Assembly: GCA_009602735.1 (NCBI GenBank)
Contig: WELA01001485.1
Coordinates: 124,001-188,000 of the forward strand
Source: Mesotaenium endlicherianum
Taxonomy: Eukaryota
Length of the DNA stretch: 64,000 nucleotides
Direction of reading: 5' to 3'
Shown here: one piece after another, positions 51,137-60,059 of the stretch
Position numbering within the stretch: position 1 is the first letter of the stretch
Layout of the letters: each line of letters opens with the position of its first letter
Program-made: the position numbers and the translations under genes
The notes under the pieces: model-generated
Databases searched by the model: none
The model's input: the letters and a program-made list of their open reading frames with translations, nothing else
What the model was told of the DNA's origin: nothing

Positions 51137-52198
51137 GTGATAAACATTGACCGACATAACTACGAAGAATTATTCCTGCTCTACCTCGACGGGGAACTCC
51201 CTGCCGCGGATGCCAAAGCAGTGGAACAATTCGTAGCGGATAATCCCGATCTGGCGGTGGAACTGGAAGCCCTCAGGCAAACCCGCTTATTACCCGGTGA
51301 ACCAGTTGATTTTCCTTTCAAGGAATCGCTGTACAAAAACACTGCATCTATTGATGCATCTTCTTACGAAGAACAATTACTCAGTTATATCGATGACGAG
51401 TTAGCGGGCGCTGAAAAAGAAAGTATGGAAGCTTTGCTGATGAAGAACCCGGAGGCAACAGCTTATTTGCATCTGCTTCAACAAACAAAACTCGAAGCCG
51501 AGCCAGTGCCTTTTCCCTATAAAGAATCGCTTTACCGTACCGCTTCAACAAAAAGACCTGTTATTTATATCAACTGGCAGCGCGTGGCTGTGGCAGCCGT
51601 TTTAGCAGGTCTGGGACTGACCCTGTGGTTCATTCCCGGTTCTCTCCGCCGCAACCCACCGGCTGAAAAAGAATTGGCTGCTATCAACAAACCTGCTGTT
51701 CAGCCTCAAAGCAAAACAACCATATCATCACCGGGTACTGTTGACCATGTTATTACCAATACTGAAAACAAAGAAGTTGTTGCAGATCATACTACCAACC
51801 CTGTAGTTAATAAACAACCCACTTCAAAAACACAGACAGCAGGCGTCATGCCTGTTGAAAACAGTTTGCCTGCTGAACAGAGCCGCTCCCTGGCACAGGT
51901 ACAAGCCATTCCGGTAAGCACAGGCGTTGGAAGAACCGAGATCCATCCGCCGGTTGAAGTACTGGCTGCTAATACCAGCTTGCAACAACCTGTTATTGCC
52001 CCGAAAGAAGCAACGGCAGCCAACAATTCCGCTCTTACAAAATACAAAGAGTTGGAAACCGATGAAGACAATAAAGGACTCTTACTGGGTTCTATCGAGA
52101 TCAATAAAGACAAACTGCGCGGCTTTTTCAGGAAGGCGTCCAGCATTTTTAAAAGCAAAGCTGCCCGGGAGGAAGAAGACAATCGCAGCTTGAGATAA
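51137..52198 (+). CDS. Putative anti-sigma factor with tandem N-terminal repeat
   Basis: Follows ECF gene; two YEE.....Y.D.EL...QT.L...FP.KESLY repeats, a TM, and a Pro/Thr-rich linker. Confidence 0.75.
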   Translation: MINIDRHNYEELFLLYLDGELPAADAKAVEQFVADNPDLAVELEALRQTRLLPGEPVDFPFKESLYKNTASIDASSYEEQLLSYIDDELAGAEKESMEALLMKNPEATAYLHLLQQTKLEAEPVPFPYKESLYRTASTKRPVIYINWQRVAVAAVLAGLGLTLWFIPGSLRRNPPAEKELAAINKPAVQPQSKTTISSPGTVDHVITNTENKEVVADHTTNPVVNKQPTSKTQTAGVMPVENSLPAEQSRSLAQVQAIPVSTGVGRTEIHPPVEVLAANTSLQQPVIAPKEATAANNSALTKYKELETDEDNKGLLLGSIEINKDKLRGFFRKASSIFKSKAAREEEDNRSLR

Positions 52199-52211
52199 AG
52201 TAAAAAATCGT

Positions 52212-53084
52212 ATGAAGTATGTAGTAAGTTTAGTAGCGGCATTGTTCGTTACGGGATGGGGGATGGCTCAGACCGACAGCACCGGCCGTTCATCGGACAC
52301 GATCAAAGTGGGCAATTTCATCATCATCAAAAAGAAAAAAAGCGGGTCGGGCGATGAGGAGAGTGTGTGGAAGAACTGGGACAAAGATTTCGAGATCCGT
52401 ACAGAACACCGTAGCCGCAGAAGAACCAATATCAGCACCAACTGGTTCATCTTCGACCTGGGCTTTGCCAATTTCCGCGACCAGACCGATTATACAGCGG
52501 CACAGTCCGGCGGTTACTTCAGGGTGCTGCGGCCGGCAGACGGCCAGGTCAATGCCAACAGCTTCCACCTGAACAACCTCAAATCCAGCAATGTGAACAT
52601 CTGGTTGTTCATGCAAAAGCTGAACATGGTAAAGCATGTGGTCAATCTCAAATACGGGCTGGGGCTTGAAATGTACAATTTCCGTTACGACAGCCGGATC
52701 AGTTACCGCAAAGATCCTGTGCCTTATGTGTACAATGATTCCATCTCTTTTTCCAAGAACAAACTATATGTGGGATACCTGACGGTGCCACTGATGGTGA
52801 ACATCAATCCTGCACCGGACAGAAAAAGGAGTTTTTCTTTCAGTGCGGGTGTGAGTGCCGGGTATATGCTCAGCAACCGCAACAAACAGGTGAGCGCCGA
52901 AAGGGGTAAGCAGAAAAACAACGGCGATTTCAGCCTCGAGCCCTGGCGTCTTGCGGCTGTGGCTGAACTGGGACTGGGTCCTGTGCGCCTATACGGTTCG
53001 TACAGCATCAACAGGCTGCACAAGGAAGGTACCCGGTTAGAACAATATCCCTATGCCGTAGGTATCCGTTTCAGTAACTGGTAA
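52212..53084 (+). CDS. Outer-membrane beta-barrel protein (PorT-like)
   Basis: Signal peptide; YLTVPLM strand; C-terminal YAVGIRF. Confidence 0.75.
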   Translation: MKYVVSLVAALFVTGWGMAQTDSTGRSSDTIKVGNFIIIKKKKSGSGDEESVWKNWDKDFEIRTEHRSRRRTNISTNWFIFDLGFANFRDQTDYTAAQSGGYFRVLRPADGQVNANSFHLNNLKSSNVNIWLFMQKLNMVKHVVNLKYGLGLEMYNFRYDSRISYRKDPVPYVYNDSISFSKNKLYVGYLTVPLMVNINPAPDRKRSFSFSAGVSAGYMLSNRNKQVSAERGKQKNNGDFSLEPWRLAAVAELGLGPVRLYGSYSINRLHKEGTRLEQYPYAVGIRFSNW

Positions 53085-53112
53085 ACGGCTTTTATTTCTC
53101 ATGTTGTATCAT

Positions 53113-53143
53113 GCGCTCTCTTTTCAGGGGGCGCTTTTTATTT
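53113..53143 (+). terminator. Terminator of the ECF operon
   Basis: GCGCTCTC-ttttca-GGGGGCGC-TTTTTATTT. Confidence 0.7.
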
Positions 53144-53146
53144 ACA

Positions 53147-54427
53147 TCAGTTGCCGGCAACCACCATCTTCTTTCCAAAATAGCCATGCAGTACTTCGGG
53201 CAACAAAATGCCTTCATCGCCCTGGTTGTTTTCGAGCAGGCAGGCCAGTATCCTGGGCAATGCCAGTGAGCTGCCGTTCAGCGTATGCACCAGTTGCGTT
53301 TTGCCCGTAGCGTCTTTGTAACGGCACTTGAGACGGTTGGCCTGGAAACTTTCGAAATTGCTTACACTGCTCACTTCCAGCCAACGTTCCTGCGCAGCGC
53401 TGTACACTTCAAAATCATAAGTGATGGCACTGGCAAAACCCATATCGCCGCCGCAAAGACGCAATAAACGATAAGGCAATTGCAGCGACTGTAATAATTT
53501 CTCCACATGCAGCACCATTTCATCGAGTGTGTCGTAACTTTTTTCGGGCTGTACCAACTGAATGATCTCTACTTTTTCGAACTGGTGCAGGCGGTTGAGG
53601 CCACGTACATCTTTTCCATAACTGCCAGCCTCTCTTCTAAAGCAAGGTGAATAGGCCGTCATTTTAACCGGAAAATCTTCTTCTTTGAGGATTGTATCGC
53701 GATAAACATTGGTAACAGGTACTTCTGCCGTGGGAATGAGGTAAAAATCATCTTCCGTAGCATGATACATCTGCCCTTCTTTATCCGGCAGCTGTCCGGT
53801 TGCATAAGCAGAATCGGCATTCACCATGAAAGGCGGCAGGTATTCTTTATAGCCGGCTGCGGTATTGTAATCGAGAAAATACTGCACCAGCGCTCTTTGT
53901 AATTTGGCGCCCTGTCCGGTATAAACAGGAAAACCACTGCCAGTGATCTTGTTACCCAGTTCAAAATCGATCAGGTTGTATTTCTTGGTCAGGTCCCAGT
54001 GTGGTGTTGCATTAGCCGGCAGCGCAGGTTTAACGCCCCCTTCCCTTACCACTACATTGTCTTCCGGCGTACGTCCTTCCGGCACCTGCGTGCCGGGCAG
54101 GTTGGGTAATAGCACCAGGGTATCGTTCAGTTCTTTTTCCACCCTGGCCATTTGTTCTTTCAGCGGCTCCAGGGCTGCTTTCCATCCTGCCACATCGGTC
54201 TTCAGGGTCTCGGCCGCCTCTTTTTGTCCCTGTGCCATCAGCTTACCGATCTCTTTGGATGCTGTGTTGACTTTCGATTGTGTATTGTCGAATTCGGCCT
54301 GCAGGCGCTTACGTTCATCATCCAGTTGAATGATGGTATCCACCAGTTCGGGTTGTTTGAAATGCTTTACTGCCAGTCTTCTCTTTACTTCAGCCGTATC
54401 ATTGCGCAACACACTCACTTGTAACAT
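53147..54427 (-). CDS. serS: Serine--tRNA ligase
   Basis: YLIPTAEVP, CFRREAGS, RGLNRLHQFEKVE, EVSSVSN, HTLNGS. Confidence 0.97.
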   Translation of the reverse strand: MLQVSVLRNDTAEVKRRLAVKHFKQPELVDTIIQLDDERKRLQAEFDNTQSKVNTASKEIGKLMAQGQKEAAETLKTDVAGWKAALEPLKEQMARVEKELNDTLVLLPNLPGTQVPEGRTPEDNVVVREGGVKPALPANATPHWDLTKKYNLIDFELGNKITGSGFPVYTGQGAKLQRALVQYFLDYNTAAGYKEYLPPFMVNADSAYATGQLPDKEGQMYHATEDDFYLIPTAEVPVTNVYRDTILKEEDFPVKMTAYSPCFRREAGSYGKDVRGLNRLHQFEKVEIIQLVQPEKSYDTLDEMVLHVEKLLQSLQLPYRLLRLCGGDMGFASAITYDFEVYSAAQERWLEVSSVSNFESFQANRLKCRYKDATGKTQLVHTLNGSSLALPRILACLLENNQGDEGILLPEVLHGYFGKKMVVAGN

Positions 54428-54472
54428 AAGGATCGATTTGCCGCAAAGATAACAGTCATTTACCTTTGCCAC

Positions 54473-54820
54473 ATGTTATTCGCAACAGATGATTTACAGC
54501 AGCGCTGGTGGAACCTCGAAGCCAAACTGGTGGAGCGGTTCGGTAAAAAGCCCGACCTGGAAGCCGTATTGTTCCTTATTGGCATGCAGGAAACCGGTTT
54601 TGTGAAAGAGAAAATATCGAAAGAGCAGAAGCAGGACCTCATGCATGTAGCTGTGTGTACGGTGTTGGCACAGAGCGGCTATTATGCACTGGAGCAACAG
54701 GATGCAGAAGGCTGGCCCCATTTCAGGCAATTGAAAGAATTACCCGTGATGAGCATGCCCGAACAGGAGAACTTCATCAAAGACCATATTCTCCTGTATT
54801 TTGAACAACAAGGTTTTTGA
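54473..54820 (+). CDS. Conserved hypothetical protein
   Basis: LFLIG.QE.G...[14 protein letters not shown]...GYY...D.EGWPH pattern typical of a Bacteroidota family. Confidence 0.75.
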   Translation: MLFATDDLQQRWWNLEAKLVERFGKKPDLEAVLFLIGMQETGFVKEKISKEQKQDLMHVAVCTVLAQSGYYALEQQDAEGWPHFRQLKELPVMSMPEQENFIKDHILLYFEQQGF

Positions 54821-54864
54821 AAGATCGTTTTTTATTCAATATTTGCACTATTAAACCACGCTTT

Positions 54865-55242
54865 ATGAATTTTCCCGCAGAACTGCGCTACACCAAAGAC
54901 CACGAATGGATACGCCTGGAAGGCAATACCGCTATCATCGGCATTACCGATTTTGCACAGCATGAACTGGGTGATATCGTTTATGTAGATATTACTTCTA
55001 CCGGTAAAACGCTGGCCGCTGAAGAAGTCTTCGGAACCGTTGAAGCTGTTAAAACAGTAAGCGATCTTTTTCTTCCTGTTGCCGGAACAGTGGTTGAAGT
55101 GAACAGCCTGCTGGAAAAACAACCTGAACTGGTGAACACCGATCCTTATGGAGACGGATGGATGATCAAAATGACCGTAGCGACTCTGTCAGATGTAGAC
55201 GCACTGATGACCCATGAAGCTTACGGCGCACTGGTAGGATAA
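54865..55242 (+). CDS. gcvH: Glycine cleavage system H protein
   Basis: YTKDHEW, GITDFAQ.ELGD, EAVK lipoyl site, N.DPYG.GW. Confidence 0.96.
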   Translation: MNFPAELRYTKDHEWIRLEGNTAIIGITDFAQHELGDIVYVDITSTGKTLAAEEVFGTVEAVKTVSDLFLPVAGTVVEVNSLLEKQPELVNTDPYGDGWMIKMTVATLSDVDALMTHEAYGALVG

Positions 55243-55253
55243 ATTAATTTTGA

Positions 55254-55667
55254 TTGAAAGCGATTCTTTTTGCCCCAGCGGTCTTGTTATTCGCTCTGTG
55301 TACGGTGCTGTTAACCCTCCCGGGTGCAGACCTGCCTTCGTGTGGGTTTTGCGCTGCCATACCGCAATTCGATAAGCTGGTGCACATTGGTATGTTTACC
55401 TTATTGGGATTGTGCTTTGGCTATCCTGTGGTAAAAAGCCCCTGGACATTGCAAAGACGTTTGAAATGGGTATTGCTCATCGCCTTGTTGAGCATCGGAT
55501 ATGGTATTGCTATTGAATTCATCCAATTATTCTGGATACCGGGGCGGAGCTTTGAAGGATGGGATATACTGGCAGATAGTACAGGCAGTTTTATTGCTTA
55601 TATGTGGAACAGGAAAGCCTGTAAAAAAATTGGCCCCGATGGAAATCGGGGCCGCAACCAAAACTAA
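55254..55667 (+). CDS. VanZ-like membrane protein
   Basis: DKLVH...F, IEFIQ...PGRSF...DILAD. Confidence 0.85.
   Translation: MKAILFAPAVLLFALCTVLLTLPGADLPSCGFCAAIPQFDKLVHIGMFTLLGLCFGYPVVKSPWTLQRRLKWVLLIALLSIGYGIAIEFIQLFWIPGRSFEGWDILADSTGSFIAYMWNRKACKKIGPDGNRGRNQN
55623..55653 (-). terminator. Rho-independent terminator on the minus strand, inside the vanZ 3' end
   Basis: GGCCCCGAT-ttcc-ATCGGGGCC-AA-TTTTTTT; perfect 9-bp stem. Confidence 0.8.
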
Positions 55668-55711
55668 CTGCTTATGAGAAAATTGACTACTTAACTTGTT
55701 TTGCGCTTCTA
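55623..55711 (-). ncRNA. Candidate sigma54-dependent small RNA
   Basis: Lies between a -24/-12-like motif (55723-55738) and a GC hairpin with U-tract (55623-55653); no ORF. Confidence 0.45.
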
Positions 55712-55722
55712 CTTATATTAAC

Positions 55723-55738
55723 TCAAAATCGGTGCCAA
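55723..55738 (-). promoter_or_regulatory. Sigma54 (-24/-12)-like promoter
   Basis: TTGGCACCGATTTTGA vs consensus TGGCAC-N5-TTGC; spacing correct, GA instead of GC at -12. Confidence 0.5.
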
Positions 55739-56002
55739 ACCCTTACTGCGTCTGTTAATACTTTCTAAACCCAGATACACCGGGCTTTCCCTTCGCTGCT
55801 TTTCTAACACAAAGATCTGTATAAAAGACAAAAACTTTTGTCAATGGTTTAACAATGAAATGTTAAAGGAAATACTACATCAATCCGTGTTTTAGAACAC
55901 ATTGAAAAATAGCCACTTATATTCCCTTTCCCATAACCCCATTTCCCAAAAAGACCTTTCAATTTACCCAGTAAGTTAAAGAATACAGGGTTATTCTCAT
56001 AA

Positions 56003-56791
56003 TTATTTTAATAATATTTTTTGCCATTCCAGGGAGTCGCCATTGAAAACATTGAAATCGGTAACACTTCTGACCCCGTTCACATGCCCGGCATCGCTGT
56101 GCTGCCAGAAAGTCCAGGGGCGGTTCACGTGCGGACTTTCCTGCTCAAAATAATGCGCTACCCATAAAGGATATTCATCGAAAGCCCGCCCTAGGTTCCG
56201 CTTATAAAAATCGGCATAAGAATATATGATGGGTTTCACCCCGTATGCTTTTTCTACGGCCACCAGCCATTCCCTGATCCGGCTGCGCATCGAATCGGGC
56301 TTCACACCATACAACTCTTCAATGTCCAGCACCGGCGGCAGATCGCCCTTTGTCAATTTTACCTGGCTGATGAAATTTTGGGCCTGCAATGCACCGCTCT
56401 TATTAGCCAGGAAAAAATGATAAGCGCCGCAAACCATACCGGCTGCTTTCGCCTTTTCCCAGTTCTGTTTGAAACGTTTGTCGGTATCGTTGAGCCCCTC
56501 GGTTGCTTTGATGAATACAAACCCCAGTCTCGTGTTGTTGATCTTCATTGCCCTGACTTCCTGCCATGCAATAAGCTCCTGGTGACTGCTTACATCGATC
56601 CCGTGTATGGAATAGCCTGTAGGTATATCTATGCCGAAGGCAGTAAAATGAACGAACTTCGCTTTCGACTCCTCTTCTCTCTCCCAACGCTGGCGCAGGA
56701 AAAGGTACGATGCTGTGCCGCCCAGGCAACACAACACCACCAACCACAATATCCTTTCTATCCTGTTCTTTGTCCGTTTGCTTTTTTTCAT
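56003..56791 (-). CDS. GH25 muramidase/lysozyme with N-terminal membrane anchor
   Basis: GIDVSSHQ, FIKATEG, GAYHF, PVLDIE, LWVAHY, FWQ. Confidence 0.92.
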   Translation of the reverse strand: MKKSKRTKNRIERILWLVVLCCLGGTASYLFLRQRWEREEESKAKFVHFTAFGIDIPTGYSIHGIDVSSHQELIAWQEVRAMKINNTRLGFVFIKATEGLNDTDKRFKQNWEKAKAAGMVCGAYHFFLANKSGALQAQNFISQVKLTKGDLPPVLDIEELYGVKPDSMRSRIREWLVAVEKAYGVKPIIYSYADFYKRNLGRAFDEYPLWVAHYFEQESPHVNRPWTFWQHSDAGHVNGVRSVTDFNVFNGDSLEWQKILLK

Positions 56792-56911
56792 CCGTATCTT
56801 TATGGTTCGCCGCCCCTGGCGGCTGTTATTTTTGCTGGATGGAACGCCTTAGATATCTGTGCGCCCCATCGCTTGCAAAACTCGTGCATTTAATACTACT
56901 TTTACAATCCT

Positions 56912-57943
56912 ATGGCCTATTTCAACTGGAACGATAGTATCAATCTCCTACAAAAACTGACCCTGCGGCGCTTCTGGAATGCCATCAAAGTGTACGGTAG
57001 TTACCAGCTTACACGTTTAACAGGAAAACCCGTTCAATGGGGGTACCCTGTTTCGATCTCTTTTGAACCTACCACTTCCTGCAACCTGCGTTGTCCTGAA
57101 TGCCCCAGCGGACTTCGCGCGTTTACCCGGCCTACCGGTATGCTGCAGAAAGACTTTTTCAGAGAGACCATCGACGATATTTACCAGGACCTGCTCTACC
57201 TCATCTTTTATTTCCAGGGTGAGCCTTACCTCAATCCTGAATTCCTGAACATGGTGAAATATGCGCATGATAAAGGAGTCTATACCGCTACCTCTACCAA
57301 TGCGCATTACCTCACCGATGAAAAGGCCAGGCAAACAGTAGAAAGCGGGCTCGACCGCCTCATCATTTCCATTGATGGCACTACACAAGATGTGTACCAA
57401 CAATACCGCGTAGGCGGAAAACTGGATAAAGTACTCGAAGGCGCCAGGAATATTGTTAAATGGAAAAAAGAGCTAAAAAGCAAAACACCTTTTATTTTCT
57501 TCCAGTTCCTGGTGGTGAAACCCAATGAACATCAGATTGAAGAAGTAAAAAGATTGGGTAAGGAAATTGGTGTAGACCAGGTACGTTTCAAGACCGCACA
57601 GGTATACGATTATGAAAATGATCCGCATCAATTGATCCCACAAAACAACAAATACAGCCGTTATAAAAAAGACCGTAACGGAAAGATGCAGGTGAAAAGC
57701 GGCCTGAAAAATCATTGCTGGAAACTCTGGCATGCGAACGTGATCACCTGGGATGGATTGGTAGTACCCTGTTGTTTTGATAAAGATGCCACCCATCAAC
57801 TGGGCAACCTTACAACACAAAGTTTCCGGGAAACATGGCATAACGACAACTACAGGCAGTTCCGGCGCGAACTGCTCAGCAGCCGTAAAAATATTGACAT
57901 TTGTGCCAATTGCAGCGAAGGGTTGAGTGTTTGGGAAAACTGA
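56912..57943 (+). CDS. Radical SAM protein with SPASM/twitch domain
   Basis: CNLRCPEC, GEP, ISIDG; C-terminal CWK...PCCFD...LGNL...CANC. Confidence 0.9.
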   Translation: MAYFNWNDSINLLQKLTLRRFWNAIKVYGSYQLTRLTGKPVQWGYPVSISFEPTTSCNLRCPECPSGLRAFTRPTGMLQKDFFRETIDDIYQDLLYLIFYFQGEPYLNPEFLNMVKYAHDKGVYTATSTNAHYLTDEKARQTVESGLDRLIISIDGTTQDVYQQYRVGGKLDKVLEGARNIVKWKKELKSKTPFIFFQFLVVKPNEHQIEEVKRLGKEIGVDQVRFKTAQVYDYENDPHQLIPQNNKYSRYKKDRNGKMQVKSGLKNHCWKLWHANVITWDGLVVPCCFDKDATHQLGNLTTQSFRETWHNDNYRQFRRELLSSRKNIDICANCSEGLSVWEN

Positions 57944-58038
57944 TGAGTTGTTAGTTGTTAGAGGATAACTTGCAACTTTCATATTAGTTTAATATATTGA
58001 GGATCCCGACCAGGCAATCTAACATCTAACATCTAAAT

Positions 58039-58485
58039 ATGTCTCTCGAACAGGATATACAACAACCGCTTTTTCGGAATGAATACCAGAAAGCGGCTAT
58101 CAATCTGATCTTTTCATCCAACTGGTTGAATGAAAAGATCAAATATCTGTTAGAATCGGAAGACATCACACAACAACAATACAATATCCTTCGCATACTC
58201 AAGGGATGTCAGCAACCATTAAGCACATTGCAGATCAGGAGTCGCATGCTCGACCGTATGAGCGATACCAGTCGTATTGTGGAGCGCATGCTGAAAAAAG
58301 GGCTCGTGGAAAAAAGAACCTGCCCTTCCGACAAACGCCTGGTAGATGTAAGCATTTCGCACAAAGGGCTTGAATTACTGGAAAAACTCGAACACAAAAA
58401 TGCAGCGCTCGATAGTATTCTGCAATCCCTCTCTGAATCAGAAGCAATTACATTGAATCGTTTGCTCGACAAAATGCGCGGATGA
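58039..58485 (+). CDS. MarR family transcriptional regulator
   Basis: ITQQQYNILRIL, SRIVERM..KGLV, DKR...V.I...G. Confidence 0.92.
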   Translation: MSLEQDIQQPLFRNEYQKAAINLIFSSNWLNEKIKYLLESEDITQQQYNILRILKGCQQPLSTLQIRSRMLDRMSDTSRIVERMLKKGLVEKRTCPSDKRLVDVSISHKGLELLEKLEHKNAALDSILQSLSESEAITLNRLLDKMRG

Positions 58486-58525
58486 ACGGTTAGCTCTACA
58501 CTTGCTTCTTCTTTATCTTCGTGGC

Positions 58526-60004
58526 ATGAAAAAATTTCTGGCGTTCTGTTTGATGGTTGTAGCCGGCTTGAAACCGGGTATTGCGCAATATTCTCCTAAT
58601 TACGAGTTCCGTGGCGTATGGGTAGCTTCCGTTAGCAATATCGACTGGCCCAGCAAGAAAACCCTCTCCGTGGCAGAACAAAAAGAAGAATTCATCCGGC
58701 TGGTAGAAATGCACAAACGCAATGGCATGAATGCTTTGATCGTACAAGTAAGACCCGCCGCTGATGCATTGTATCCTTCTGCTTATGAGCCCTGGAGCGA
58801 ATTTCTCACGGGTAAACAAGGACAGGCGCCTGTGCCATTTTACGATCCGCTTGATTTCATGATCAGCGAAACACACAAACGCGGCATGGAGTTCCACGCC
58901 TGGCTCAACCCTTACAGGGCTGTATTCAACATGCGGAATTCTTCCATTGCATCCAACCATCTCACCAAAACACATCCCGAATGGTTCCTGGTTTACGGCG
59001 ATAAAAAATACTTCAACCCCGGTCTGCCGCAGGTAAGACAACACACCGTGAAAGTAGTGGAAGACCTGGTGAAGCGATACGATATAGACGGCATTCACCT
59101 CGACGATTATTTCTACCCTTATCGTATTGCAGGAAAAGAATTTCCCGATGCAAAAGAATACAAACGCTATGGCAACGGATTGAGTAAAGACGAATGGCGT
59201 CGCAGCAATTGCGACAGCATTATTTACGATCTGTTCACAGCCATCAGGGCCATCAAGCCCAAGCTGCGATTCGGCATCAGTCCGTTCGGCATCTGGCGCA
59301 ACAAAAGTCAGGATCCCATGGGCAGCGATACAAAAGGCGGACAAACCAATTACGACGATCTCTATGCCGATATCCTGTTATGGCTGGAAAAAGGCTGGAT
59401 CGATTATGTAGCGCCTCAGTTGTATTGGGAGCGCGGTCATAAGCTGGCCGATTACGATGTATTGCTGGAATGGTGGAACGATCACACCTATGGCAAAGAT
59501 CTTTATATTGGGCATGGTATTTACCGCGCCGGCAGCAATGCTGCCTGGAGGGATCCCAATGAGTTGCCGGAACAAATACGCGAACTAAGAACATACCCAA
59601 CTACCCGTGGGAGCATTTATTTCAACAGCAAGGTATTTGAGAGCAATCCGAACGGATGGAGCGACAGTTTGCGCAATCATTATTACCGTTATCCGGCCCT
59701 GGTACCTGCCATGCCCTGGGTAGACAATACTGTTCCCATACAACCCCTGGTTGAGAAACTGGAGGGGAATAAAATAAAGTTGGTGTATAAAGGTGAAGAA
59801 AAGATCAAGGCATTTGCCATACTGGTACTGCAACCAGGCGCCGAACCACAATTCATCAATACACAACTGGTGCAGGTGATCCCCGCCAGCAAGACTGCTA
59901 CCGTAGACCTTGGCTCTTTGCCTGATATCGCCACAGGCAAAAAAATATATGCCATAACAGTCAATCCGAATAACAATGTGAGTCAGCTTACAGAAATTAG
60001 ATGA
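58526..60004 (+). CDS. Glycoside hydrolase-like 10 (YddW/DigH family) protein
   Basis: Signal peptide; EFRGVW, QVRP..DALY.S, HAWLNPYR, IHLDDYFYPY, FGISPFG, PQLYW. Confidence 0.9.
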   Translation: MKKFLAFCLMVVAGLKPGIAQYSPNYEFRGVWVASVSNIDWPSKKTLSVAEQKEEFIRLVEMHKRNGMNALIVQVRPAADALYPSAYEPWSEFLTGKQGQAPVPFYDPLDFMISETHKRGMEFHAWLNPYRAVFNMRNSSIASNHLTKTHPEWFLVYGDKKYFNPGLPQVRQHTVKVVEDLVKRYDIDGIHLDDYFYPYRIAGKEFPDAKEYKRYGNGLSKDEWRRSNCDSIIYDLFTAIRAIKPKLRFGISPFGIWRNKSQDPMGSDTKGGQTNYDDLYADILLWLEKGWIDYVAPQLYWERGHKLADYDVLLEWWNDHTYGKDLYIGHGIYRAGSNAAWRDPNELPEQIRELRTYPTTRGSIYFNSKVFESNPNGWSDSLRNHYYRYPALVPAMPWVDNTVPIQPLVEKLEGNKIKLVYKGEEKIKAFAILVLQPGAEPQFINTQLVQVIPASKTATVDLGSLPDIATGKKIYAITVNPNNNVSQLTEIR

Positions 60005-60059
60005 GTTAATCACGCTGTTTTGCCTTTTGACTTTTAATTTTGACTTTAAATCAGTCATT

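Noticed and set aside
55254..55667. vanZ as glycopeptide resistance
   Set aside because: The VanZ-like family is widespread and no van cluster is present.
57945..58036. Short 7-nt tandem repeats (GTTGTTA, AACATCT); similar TTTTGAC units at ~60018-60047
   Set aside because: Only 2-4 imperfect units and no spacers; simple intergenic repeats, not CRISPR.
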